From: Psilocybe cubensis
Lineage: Eukaryota
Reading direction: 5' to 3'
Length of the DNA: 64,000 nucleotides
NCBI GenBank assembly: GCA_017499595.2
Contig: CM038999.1
Span: 2,108,001 to 2,172,000 of the forward strand
Shown here piece by piece: positions 12,392 to 23,790 of this stretch (positions are counted from its first letter, which is position 1; each line of letters opens with the position of its first letter). Made by a program: the position numbers and the translations under genes. Under the pieces are notes generated by a model. It was not told where the DNA came from. It saw only the letters and a program-made list of their open reading frames with translations, and did not search any database.

Positions 12392-12550
12392 GCTATCGCA
12401 GAGCTGCAGAGAGAGATCGACCGCCAATAGCGAGCGCTGAATACATGAACTGGGGAGACGCTATACAGAAAAAAGTGGGAGAACCAGAGAAATAAGAGGT
12501 GGACAGCGTGGAGCCTCCTCGCAGTGGGGGGACAAGGAGACACTTTACAT
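12392..12550 (-). promoter_or_regulatory. Putative SPE2 5' leader with a start-stop uORF (12550-12545), a 17-codon uORF (12446-12393) and a hairpin
   Basis: ATG TAA at 12550. ATG at 12446 reads MYSALAIGGRSLSAALR* and ends 12 nt before the main ATG. GCTATTGGCGG and CTGCGATAGC are complementary. The TSS is unknown. Confidence 0.45.
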
Positions 12551-12686
12551 CGATCGCACAAATTTTGAGGTGTATACACCGAATGGGGATATGTGATACG
12601 CACGTGATGCGCGTCGTAGCTGGCATCACTACGTCGGCCGGCACCACTACGCCTGACGAAACATAACTTTTACTTCAACTATCACT

Positions 12687-13355
12687 ATGCGAGGCTTTCT
12701 GCCGCGGCTGAATGTTCTGCGGTCGATTGCACCTAGGGCAGCGGCTCCCATACTACCAACGGCCAATATTCGTCTGACTACCTCTGCCCTCACACATACA
12801 CCTAGGGCCTCCCAAGCTCGGCTGTTCACTCATTTCCCTGCGCGACTCACTACTTCCCCTGGCCCCGAACATCAAAAGTCCACCCTTCCCCCAAATCCGT
12901 CCCTCTCCCAGCGTCTAAAGCATCTTATAAAGTCGTACGGGTGGTATGCGCTCGGTGTCTACTTCATCCTTTCCGCGCTCGATTTTGGAGTAGCGTTCGT
13001 AGGCATCAATCTGCTGGGTGCAGAATATGTCTCGCAAGCCACGGCCAGCATCAAGGCGGTAGTCGCATCCGTGCTACCGTCGAGACCTTCGGAACCTGGT
13101 CGGGATGAGATGGACAGCATTTCTCATGCACATGCAGAAGGAGGCCAGGAATCTCTCTATGCCATGCTTGTACTTGCCTACACCGTCCACAAAACTTTGT
13201 TTCTACCCGTCCGGGTCGGACTCACGGCAGCTTTCACTCCTCGGCTTGTTGGGTGGCTAACGCGCAAAGGATGGGCAGGGAATGAAGGCGCTCGTCGCGC
13301 GGCTCAGCAAATGCGCGAGAAAATTAGAGAGAGGAGCAGCCGAGACAGCCACTAG
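12687..13355 (+). CDS. Mitochondrial FAM210/DUF1279 (Nat2-like) membrane protein, single exon
   Basis: Arg-rich presequence; SLSQRLKHLIKSYGWYALGVY..LAYTVHKTLFLPVRVGLTAAFTP. Confidence 0.9.
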   Translation: MRGFLPRLNVLRSIAPRAAAPILPTANIRLTTSALTHTPRASQARLFTHFPARLTTSPGPEHQKSTLPPNPSLSQRLKHLIKSYGWYALGVYFILSALDFGVAFVGINLLGAEYVSQATASIKAVVASVLPSRPSEPGRDEMDSISHAHAEGGQESLYAMLVLAYTVHKTLFLPVRVGLTAAFTPRLVGWLTRKGWAGNEGARRAAQQMREKIRERSSRDSH

Positions 13356-13714
13356 TGCGTCTGTTTTGCTAACTATGGGTGGACTAGACTATCCTAGCAT
13401 GTATGTGCATGCATTAGTTGCCACCGTTGACTGAACTAACATGCACGTCATTAGGGAATACTGATACGCTGCTTAATACATGCTTTTATATAATCACCAT
13501 AAAATAATGTTTGCCGATTGAACTTATAATCGTACAGAGTGTGAAAGTCCCAGTAGAAATTGATTATTGTTATGTTAGATTGAGATCAATACTCAGGCGA
13601 TAAGTAATCTAATCTACATTATTTGTATATTCCTGTTGATCACAGCCAGTGCCGACAAACACAGGCGCGGATGGATTGGGACAGTCCGGAGAGCGAGCAA
13701 CTTACACCTCTACA

Positions 13715-14298
13715 ATGTCGCTCGCCAGAAGGGCTTTTCTGGCCACTTCTCCTTCACGTCCCCTTTTTGTAGCCCAGCGCAGAGCTGCTTCATCCTCGTC
13801 CCATGACCACCACGATGACCACCATCATCACGCAGAGGACTCGACTGTGTATCCTCCCGAAAGTTTGTGTCCCGCAGTGTATCCACCTTTGACCTACTCT
13901 CACAAGGTACCAATGCAGCGTTTGGAAACTCGTTCTGGAGAAATGTTGTTCTGGCCTCAATAGCCACCGTCGCCGTCTTCAAATATGCACCCTCCGCAGG
14001 CGACGATGTTTACCTCTCGCAATGGATTGCGTTGTACACTGCCCCACGCGACTACTGGCTCACATTAAATGCCAAACACAGTGCACAGTCTGCAGAGCTG
14101 GCTGCAGACACCAGGCTGGTCAATGACGCAACCCGTCCTATCATCCACCGCTATGTTAACCCTCAGTAAGTCGTTTCAGGAATGCACGTGTACAGGCTAA
14201 CATCGGGACACAGGTCGCTATCGCAGGCATCGCCGTTTTTGAATGGAGTCGGACGGACGGTAGACATGAGTGGTGTCGTGCCCAAGACCACGGTGTAG
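13715..14298 (+). CDS. NADH:ubiquinone oxidoreductase 17.8 kDa-type accessory subunit
   Basis: Mitochondrial presequence, His-rich HDHHDDHHHH, E|FGNSFW followed by one TM helix, and RYVNPQ|SLSQASPF; 2 introns. Confidence 0.7.
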
Positions 14299-14578
14299 CG
14301 TAGAATATTCGTAGTTACGACGGGTCTTTTATTTTAAATAGAGAAGCTTACGTAAGAATCAACAAAGTGTGTTGACAACGACTTTGTTATGAAATTGGGC
14401 TTGTACTCGACAGTCAACTGGGTTTCTTACAACCTCGACGGTGTGTATATTCAAAGTCGCGCAGCTCTTGTCGTGCAACTCCTTACGCTCTTTTGTATTC
14501 TCTGTCTTTTTCAGCCCTTTTTCTAAAGGTCTTTCACCCCGCTCAGGGCTCCCCACAACATCCTGCATGCCCTGTTAG

Positions 14579-17500
14579 ATGTTCCCTCAATTCTTTACTC
14601 TCTTCCTCGCCCTCGTCTTTTTCCATGGATCTCAGGCAGCAAATCCCCTCGTCGATTTCGACCGCATGGGAAAAGTTGGCCTCGCAGGCGCTTTTGCTGG
14701 CCTAGATTTCTTCAATGGCTCGACAGCAGCTTTCGATCCTACAACCTCCACTCTGCTATCACGCGCCTCGGATGGCTCGTTAACACGTCTTGCGTCCACT
14801 AACGTGGGTGGAAGTATCCTTACTGGATGTGCCCTAGGCAACGTGTTCTACCTGGCAGGCAGCTTCTCCTCTGTTAATGGCGTTTCAGCAGCAAATATCG
14901 CCTCCTACACCACTTCCTCAGGCACATTTGCAGCACTCGGTTCGGGAGGTCCTAATGGCCAGATAAACACAGTTTTCTGTGATACGAAAGGGGAAAAAGT
15001 TTGGGTTGGTGGAAAGTTTTCAGCACCAGGTGCATCCGTTGCGATCTTCGACATCAAGGCCGCGTCTTGGTCTGGTCCGCCCTTCGCTGGCATCTCGGGT
15101 GCTGGTGCAGAAGTCACCTCCATCACGACCAACTCCTCAGACACGAGTCTCTTCTTTTCCGGCTCGTTTGTAACAGCCTTTGGCAATGCCAACGCGGTTT
15201 TAAACGGTACCAACAATCCGAATGTCCCCTTTTCCCCCGGCGCTTCACCGTTTTCCTCATCTTTGGTACCCATTCCATTAACAAGCGCAAACATTCAGAT
15301 CCAAGGTCAACCCTCCTCTTTGCAAACTGGCTTCACTGATATCCGCAATGCGCTCTGCCCGGCTGGTGCTGACGGGCCTGGGAATTCTTGGTTTGCCCAG
15401 GACAACTCTACACCGTTGATCAATGTTCAGACTTTTTCATCGATTTTCGCCAGTGGCGTGCGTCTTGGAAACACCTTCCAGCCTAATCATGGAACTACGG
15501 GCTTTAGGTATGTTTTGCTTTGTTGGTTTAGTGTTGAGTATACGTAAATAACCCGATCGTAGTGTTACCACGCTTCCGGATAACAAAGTCCAGACTTTGA
15601 AATACGTTGATCCAACTACAGGCCAAAACCAAACGTGCACCGATCCCTGCCCACTCTCTACCGATCCATCCGTTCTGTATCAAGATTTTCTTTTTAACGG
15701 CGATCTCACCATTACTGGCGTGCAAATTAAGCTTTCTCAGTTTACGGGATCAGGCCCAGGTCTTCACATCCTCCAGCTTCTTTCATCAGGTGCATTTGCG
15801 TCCTCAATAGATGCCAACAACGGGCAGTCTTGTTTTGCTCCGAACCCCTCAAATACAACGAAGAATGGGGATTGGTTTTCAAAGGTTGCCAACACCAAAA
15901 TTCCTGGAACTGTACAAACAGTATTGGTATCTGATGTAATTATTGGTACCCCGTCGGCCTCAGGCCCCTCTTTCACCTGGAATCCTTACATATCAGGTGC
16001 TGGAGACTACGATGTGAACCTTCTCATTCCAGGGTGCACCAACTTCCAAGACTGCCCCCTCCGAACTGACGTTAAGGTTCAGATGTTCCCCGGTCCAGGG
16101 CTCAATCCCATCATCACAACAATCTCTCAAACAAATCAAGATGACGCTTCGGTTTTGATTTACAGCGGTCCCGTCCACCCTTCAACAACAGATTTCGGCG
16201 TCACAATCACCATGTCTCTGGCTGATGAACCCTCAGGAAACGGCCAAGGCGGGAAATTTGAGATTATCGCTGATCGCGTGCAGTTCGTCTTGAAGTCCGC
16301 AACCGTCTCGACCTCCGGGGATAACAACGGGTCGACAGTTGGCGGCACAGGTCTAGTGCGTGGGTTTGGATTCTTGGAGTGGCCTCTTTCTTCAACCTCT
16401 GTGGACCCTTCTGTTGATGGCAAAACAGCTTTTCCCAATACCACCTTGACAGCATTAGATAGTCTCGGGTTCGATTTGCTCAATGGAATGGGAGGAACTT
16501 CTGCATTAGTTTCGGCAGGGCTTAGTGTCAATGCTGTTGCCCATCACCCATCTGGAATTTTTGTTGGAGGTTTATTCACCCTTACCTCAGGGCCAGCATC
16601 CGGTAGCTCAAACATAGTCATTTTCAAGAACGGCGCTTTGGCGAGTTTGGCTGAAGGTGGGCTTAATGGTGAGGTGACGGCGCTGGCCCTCATTGGTGAT
16701 CAACTGTTTGTCGGTGGTTCTTTCAATGGCACAGAATCAGGATCCACTTCCAACTTGCGCAACATCGCTGTATACGATATCCAGAAGAATTCATGGAGCT
16801 CATTGGATGGTGGCCTTAATGGAAACGTCGCTTCGCTTGGTTTGGCTAATGGACAGCTCCAGGTAGCAGGAAACTTTACCGAAACCGTCTCAGCAAGCAA
16901 CAACATTGGCGGAATTTCTGTGACTGGATTTGCAAACTGGGATATCAAATCTGGCTCCTGGGTCAACAGCGGAGGGTTTGTAGCAGGCAAGATGACTTTC
17001 ATAGGGAACAGCACCTCGTCCGAATCTCAGTTCATCGCTGGCAATGTTGCTGCTTCTCAAAAATTCGGGGCTAGCGGCCTCGTCATGCTCAAAAACAACG
17101 GAGAGAATGGACCAAGTGTCACGCCCCTTTCTATTGGTCTCGATTCCGGTGTTTCATCGCAATCTACCGCCGCCACCAAGTTGCGTCGCCGCAGTCAATT
17201 ACAGCTGCCCAGTTCCAGCGCTTGGATCTCGCACATGAAATTCTCGCATATCTTTTCCAGGCAAAGTAACACTAACCAAATCCCCACACTATCTGCACCA
17301 CTTCCGGCTCCTGGACCTGCTGTCTTGGCAGGTGCTTTCTGGACCAACAAAACTTCAAACAAGGAGTTGACTATCTTGGGAGGCAATTTCACATTCACCC
17401 CACCGGGGTCCACGACATTTGCAGTCGGCGTTGCTATCTATGATCCTATATCAGGTAGCATTCAAGCACTATCTGGACCTCAAATCAATGGTACCGTCAG

Positions 17501-19176
17501 GACTCTTCTCGTCGATGATAATTCTTTATACGTTGGTGGCGAATTTACCCTGTCGGCAGGATCTGACACCGCAGTGAATGGACTTGCATTGTACGACCTT
17601 GCCGCCAACGCTTGGGATTTGAATGGGTTGCAAATTCTACAACCGTCGCCTGGTTCCAGCGTAGTTGTTCGTTCTATCTCCAAGTCAACTTCCAAACCGA
17701 CCACTGTCATCGTCGCTGGTAGCTTTTCTCAAGCTGGCTCGCTGAGCTGCCAGGCCATCTGCAGTTTTGATACAGTTACCAGGCAATGGAATGCTTTAGG
17801 AAACGGTATTCAGGGGCAGGTTGCCTCTGTGAGCTATGCTGGGGTAAGGGTTTTTAATTTATCAACTTTACCACGAGGACTCAAGTCGGTTATAGGACAA
17901 TCAAAATACTTTAATAGCTGCAGGGTCGATCTCCCTTTCTGACAACACTGCATCCAATGTTGTACAGTATAGTCTCCAGAATGCGACCTGGTCTGCAATT
18001 GGATCTGGCTCGGACATTCCTGGGCCTATCTCGGCGGTTGGTGTGAACAGCGGCAATGCGAGCAGTATATTCGCTGCTGGAAAGTAAGAATTTCCTTCAA
18101 GTCAGCAAGAAGCCTGATTTAATTAACGGTTTCTATTAAGGTCAACCGATGGATCTTCTTCCTTCTTGTCTTTCTGGGACGGCAATAAATGGTCAACACT
18201 TGGTGAATATAATCAACAGCCACAACGATTTATTCGAATTATTAATGATATTATCCATAGGGTCCACATTCCAAGAAGGTACCACTGTTGCTCAACTGAC
18301 CATGGTTCCTCTGCAAAATTCCCATGATGCCAATGGAGTCATTGAATCAGATCGAGTGCTCATGATATCAGGATCCTTATCTACAACGGCTGGCAATTCA
18401 TCTTCCGCTCTCTTCGACGGACGAAATCTAATCCCTTTTATCGTCTCGACATCGGCGACTGGCTCAGCTGGCTCTGTCTCCTCGCTATTCCACTCTTTTT
18501 CGTCTTTCAGCTTTAGCCAACGCAGTGCGTACTTCTGGATATCACGTATACTACTTCAGTACTGACCGTTTAATTTAGAATTCCTAGCCACTGGCGTAGT
18601 CATCCTAATTTCAATTGCAATTGCAGCAGGCGTGGTGTTCCTCCTGGCCTTGATAGGAATTCTATGGACCCTATTCTCACGCAAAGAAGATAAACTCAAC
18701 AAGTATGATGTGGCTGAAGACGAAGATGATGACTCTACACGTCATAGACCATCATCGCTCTTAGAACACATTAACGCAGCCACTCGCACTACTATCATTG
18801 GAGCTAGTCCGTACAGCAATTCCTCCGAGAAGGAAGAACAGACGACAGGCAGCCCTCATGCTGATCAGGATCCATTTGGACCTGACGCTAGTAATTATAT
18901 GCGTGCGGAGACGCCATCCGACGCGGTTGGTGGCTTGTTGGGTGAAGAAACCAGTCGGCCAGCGCATGCTCGATATTCCTTCGATGGAACTGGAGAGGGC
19001 GAGCTACCTATCTCGTCAGGGGCGGAGGTTGAAGTATTAGATGATAGAGATCCTGCGTACGTCTCAATTCGCATGTCTTTAAACAAGTACTAACCAGGAC
19101 GCCATACAGGTGGTGGTACGCGCGCGATGTGCGGACGGGGCAGGAAGGCGTTGTGCCAGCCGCTTATTTATATTGA
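14579..19176 (+). CDS. RAX2: Rax2 cortical cell-polarity marker (signal peptide, beta-propeller repeats, TM helix, C-terminal SH3)
   Basis: VDFDRMGKVGLAGAFAGLD, repeated VGG.F blades, TM VVILISIAIAAGVVFLLALIGIL, and SH3 ARYSFDGTGEGEL..WWYAR..GVVPAAYL*. Confidence 0.9.
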
Positions 19177-19394
19177 ACCTTGGATTTTGACTCTTGTGCT
19201 ATTTTCTTCACTTTCTTGTTTGCAACGTTCACTTGTTCTATACCCTCAAATTCCCGTGTTCTTGTCCTGCGCTGCGCCCTACTTTCGGTCATAATATGAA
19301 TAGCATTCTAATATTCGCCAGAAAACTTGCTAGGGTAAGGCAAAGAGATACTACAGAACAACAATACATCTGCAGAAGATACTGAAATCATCCA

Positions 19395-21043
19395 CTATTG
19401 CAGAACTGCAAAGAAATATGCATGATTAGATAGTTCAATGATATAGAGGGACAAAAACTTACGAGGATCCCTGTAATGTTTCTGGGCATTATGAATAAAC
19501 CCAACTTTAGTCTTGAAATCTTCTCTCCGCCTCTGATCGCGGAATTCGCGGACATGTCGTCCAGCTTCACGGGCTTCACCTCGATTTCTGGCCTTAACAA
19601 CTTCAGTGCCACGACCATAAGCGCCGAAGCCACCTCTACTAGGAACCAGTGCTGAATTTTTATCAGCCAAAAGGCGACGCACAAGTGCAGCGCCAGAATT
19701 GGGGTCTTCAGGTTTACTTCCGCGGGGTGCACCAGGGAACGATTGTGCATAGTACCTGCGCATCGTTCGGTGTCCTATCCGTGCACCGGAGGGAAGGACA
19801 AGCTCAAATGGTGAGTCACCATATGTCATTTGGTTTTCTAGAAGATCGGACTCGTCACTATCAGCGTCCGAGTCGGATTCTTCAGAAGCAGATTCGTCAA
19901 CGATTTCATCGACTTCATCGTCATCCAAAGTTTCATCCTCTTCCCATTCGTCTTCATCATCCTCTACAACAGATTCTTTCAATGATTTCTTCTTGGAAGA
20001 GGATTTTCGTACTTGATCAGCGTCAGGATAAGAGGCGCTGAAGTCGTAAAAATCGGAGATCTCGAGGCGGTCCCTTTCCCTATCATAAGCAATCTTACAA
20101 TGGGCTTTGTCGATCATATGTTTTCGCACGGCATCCATACTCCTAAACTCCTTGCCCTTCTGATTACAATATATGCACACATTGCCGACTGCAATCTTCT
20201 CGCCGAGGTAGGTTATCAGTCCGGCGATGTCGACAAGATACTCGGCGTCCGGGATGAAGAACGAGTGTGCGAGGGACATGTGCGTGAGGTTATCCTCGAG
20301 CGAGGCAGAGACCGTATTGCAGAATAGACAATTGTTCACCGAGAGACGCGAGCGCGCGGCTGCGATTTTGGCGTCGATGCTCTGCATCAATTCTTCATCT
20401 TCGTCATCGCCTTGTTCTTCTAACACAGTCTCAGATTGAGATTTAGGTTCTTTCGGTGCCTGGGAAGACTCTGAAGTAGGAACGGGACCGGGAGATGGTG
20501 TAGCTTCAAGTTCGGCACCGGTAGCTGGCGGTACCGAGGTCGAAGCTGATGCCTCTGGGGCTGACTCAATCTCTGCCTCAGCGGCAGGTTTGCGAGGCTT
20601 CAGCGCGGCCTTGGTTTCGTTTTCCCTGTGTTTCTTGGACTGCAAATGGGATCGGTATGCATTTTCCGTGGTATATACTTTACTAAATATTTCGTCAGTT
20701 TTATTATTGATTTGTAAGAGGCAGGAAACGAGAAAAGGCGTACTTGCAAACTTGACATGAAGAGCCTCTGATATCGGACATGACTGCGGTTTCTGCACGC
20801 CTCTCAAGGACCTTTTGGTTGAAAACTGCAACACTGATAGGCGGCAGCGAAGCTACTCGACGCTTCATGTTGTACCTATGGTGATCTGAGCGGTAGTGGA
20901 TTCCTGGCATAGCAAAAACTTTTGTCAACAACCTACTTTCGGCAATGGAAAAGAAGATAAAACTTACTCTGTTCCTCTGGGGAGAGGAACGCTATTGAAC
21001 ATGATAAACAGGTGAAGAGCTGGGGATCAGTAGAGTCTGGCAT
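19395..21043 (-). CDS. REI1: Cytoplasmic pre-60S maturation factor Rei1/ZNF622 (C2H2 fingers)
   Basis: FTCLSC..HYRSDHHRYNMKRRVASLPP; HMSLAHSFFIPDAEYL; HMIDKAHCKI; ELVLPSGARIGHR; HYRDPLLQ*. Confidence 0.95.
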
Positions 21044-21154
21044 GGTGGTTGGTGAACAAGAGCTTGAAACTTTTTAGTAATCCAGCAATGAAGAGTCAGT
21101 CAAAAGATAATCTCCGTATTTGGTATCGAATGCACAAGTAAATAAATTACGTCA

Positions 21155-22545
21155 TTACAATGGAACGACAAGAATAGTCGTGTCGTCCATCCACTTGAAC
21201 GCCATTTCGACCGTGATCATTCGCGAAATCTTTTCCCCCTTGTTTTCCTCGTCAGCTCCCAGTCCATCGCGCAGCAGAGTTAGCGCTAAATTCTTGCGGT
21301 CTTTCAACCCGTACTGCTCGCCTACGATTCCCACCCATCGGGATGCGAGCACCTCATTCAGCTTCAGCCTGTCGTCGTAAAGGTCTGTCAATCCGTCAGA
21401 ACACATAATTAGAAACGTCGAGGTTGCGTTGAGGGCTTTCAAATTAATGTGCTCGACTTCAGGCACACCGGTCATGTACGGTGGCGTCTTGCTCCTCCCA
21501 ATGTAGCCACGCACTTTATCTGGCACGAGGAATCCCGGGTTGGAATTGAGGAAGACGCGTTCTGTATATATGGCAGGCAGTTTAAAGCTGAAATCTCCGA
21601 TGGCTGGAATAATTTAGACTTGTGCAGTGTGGACTAACTGTGATTACTAACCTCGGGTGACTGCGATGGCGCCCAAGACGCGGTTGTCCATCATGCATTC
21701 CTCTTCCCCGGGGTGTTCCTGCCTTACCCTCTCCTCTTCCACATCATTCTCGCCATTATGAGCTTTGCTGAGTACCTGCGCATTCCACTCGCCTGAAATT
21801 TCTTTGAGACCGAGTACTGCCAATAGCGAAAAAAATTGTGAGCTTGTTTTGCAAAAACATGGGGTACTTACTTACCTGCAGCACAGTCGCCCAAACTCGC
21901 GACCCAGATGTTCGCTTTGGCTGGATCAGCCAAAGAAACAAGAGCAGTTGTGCCTCGCATGCCCTTCAAGATGGTGGCAGAGTTGGGCCCGTTGTCATTG
22001 ATAATACGCTGGATATCCTCGATGGGCATTTCAGCCAACGCCTGTTCATCAGGAAAGAGATCCACGATGGCCTGGCCAATTCCTTTGTCAAAGGAGGAAA
22101 TGGCGTTCGATAAAGCCTCGGACACGGCAGAAGAGGAAGGGTGGGCGTCTTTCTCCACAACCGCGGTAAGGGCGCCTTTGATGATGTCAGGCAGCGCCGA
22201 AGACGCATAGTCGGCCGTTTCGTGGCCAGCGTGGCCTGCATAGTGTACATGAAGAATAGGGGATAATGTAATAAAACGCGAGTACATACCGTCAAAAATG
22301 GCACGAAAGATCCAAGTCCCATTTGGCAGTGGCCAGTCATTGATGACGAAACGATCTTGGCTGGTCTCTTCAGGATTGGGGCAAGGTTGAAAACCGACGA
22401 CGTCCGTGTCGCATTTTGTATGCGCGAACGATAGGCGCTCAAGCTCTGAGGATAAGAGGGGTTCAGGAAGCGAAGTGTATACCCACAGGGCGTCTGTTTG
22501 GCTCCAGCCCATATCAGTGGTCTTCTTGACTAGCTCGGGAGTCAT
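21155..22545 (-). CDS. PP2C-family (PPM) protein phosphatase
   Basis: SQDRF, IFDG|HAGHE, GTTA, VASLGDC, AVTRAIGDF, CSDGL and DDTT motifs. Confidence 0.92.
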
Positions 22546-22875
22546 GTTTGGTTGAATGCGGGGTATCTGTCTGGAATGTCGCTATAAGTATACGGCGCGC
22601 TGGGTAAAGGGCGTAAATGTGGGATAACTGGGTGGGATGTGGGGTTGAGGGTCTGGTCAAGGGTCAAGGGTAATTAGAGATAAAAGAGTATAGAAATGGC
22701 AGGTTATGGGTTTCGTTTCGCGTGAATCGATCACATGATGACAGAGGAGGCGGTGTTCAGTCGTGGACGCGTTGGGATATGGATAGACATGGGACCAACT
22801 CGAGAAAATAAATAGAGCATCATCATTAAGAGAGTACATGCGGTAACGACATAAGACGGGTAAGAGGTAACAGGG

Positions 22876-23686
22876 TCAGGCCTTGTTCTGGGCACAAAGG
22901 AATAAGATAGGGTGTGAAAGAGAGGAAAGAAAGGGGACATACGCCTGTGCCAAAACGCTCTGCGCGCTTTCTGCGCCTCTCCAGCTCCTCTGGATCGACG
23001 TCTTGTGTTGTGGGGGCGGAGCGTTTTTTGCCATTGCTGTTGGCTTTGGCGTCTGGAGCCTGGGTGTTGAGACCGAAGCGGGCAGCGCGTTGTTCTAGCA
23101 CTTTTGGGTCCTAGATGCATATAAGAGGAGTAAAGGGTGCGAAAGACGCGAGACAAACGCACAATTGAGGCAGCAACGGCAGCAGACTTGGCTGCTGGTC
23201 GGGTTTTCTTTTGGTGGGGTTCGACAAGAGGAATGCCGAAGCGGGCAGCCCTTTGCTTGCGCTTTTCGAGTTCAATGTCCTCTGCAGAGGACTGTGTGGT
23301 GTCTGAGGGTGCGACAGGGGCAGGGGCGGGTGTGGGGGCCGACTGTGGGGCGGGTTCTGGTGCTGGTGCTGGTGCGGGGGCAACCTTCTGCTGCTGCTGC
23401 TGCTGCTGCTGCTGAGGCGGTGGTGTGTCTATTTGGTCCTCGTTCCAGTCAACCCTGGGAGAAAGGTGAGAAAAAGGGAGCGAAAAGAAAGCAAGACTGA
23501 CTCTTCGGGTGGAGCGAGCAGGTCGTCCGGGGGGTAGAGAGCAGCATATGTGTCGAGGGCGGCGTTGCTGGCGAGGATCTTGGCGATGAGGTCGTTCTTT
23601 GTTGCCTTTGCGGGGACTTGGACGCGGGCGGTGGCGAGGATATTGCGGAGGTCGACGACCTTGAGGGCCTTGAGCTTAGCGTCCAT
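22876..23686 (-). CDS. THO1: SAP-domain RNA-binding protein Tho1/SARNP-like
   Basis: LKALKVVDLRNIL..KATKNDLIAKIL SAP-like domain; repeated KRKQRAARFG / RAARFG / RRKRAERFG motifs. Confidence 0.8.
23388..23414. repeat. (CTG)9 microsatellite, encoding polyQ on the minus-strand Tho1-like gene
   Basis: 27-nt perfect CTG run. Confidence 0.9.
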
Positions 23687-23723
23687 GATGAAGGGGCAGA
23701 GTGAGTGTGACATTGAGGGTGAC

Positions 23724-23774
23724 ATTGGGGGAGCGTGACAGAGAGTAGTTAACCAATGGCATTGGTGAGCCAAT
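23724..23774. promoter_or_regulatory. Cluster of four CCAAT boxes in the Tho1/Hap2 bidirectional promoter
   Basis: ATTGG 23724-28, CCAAT 23753-57, ATTGG 23761-65, CCAAT 23770-74. Confidence 0.5.
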
Positions 23775-23790
23775 CGCTGCTGTTGCTGCC

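Noticed and set aside
12381..12395. Programmed stop-codon readthrough from the uORF into SPE2
   Set aside because: Context TAG CAT AAT does not match known strong readthrough motifs; noted only as an in-frame arrangement.
9094..13355. Secondary-metabolite cluster around the Zn2Cys6 factor and SAM decarboxylase
   Set aside because: No backbone synthase, tailoring enzymes or transporter; the neighbours are housekeeping genes.
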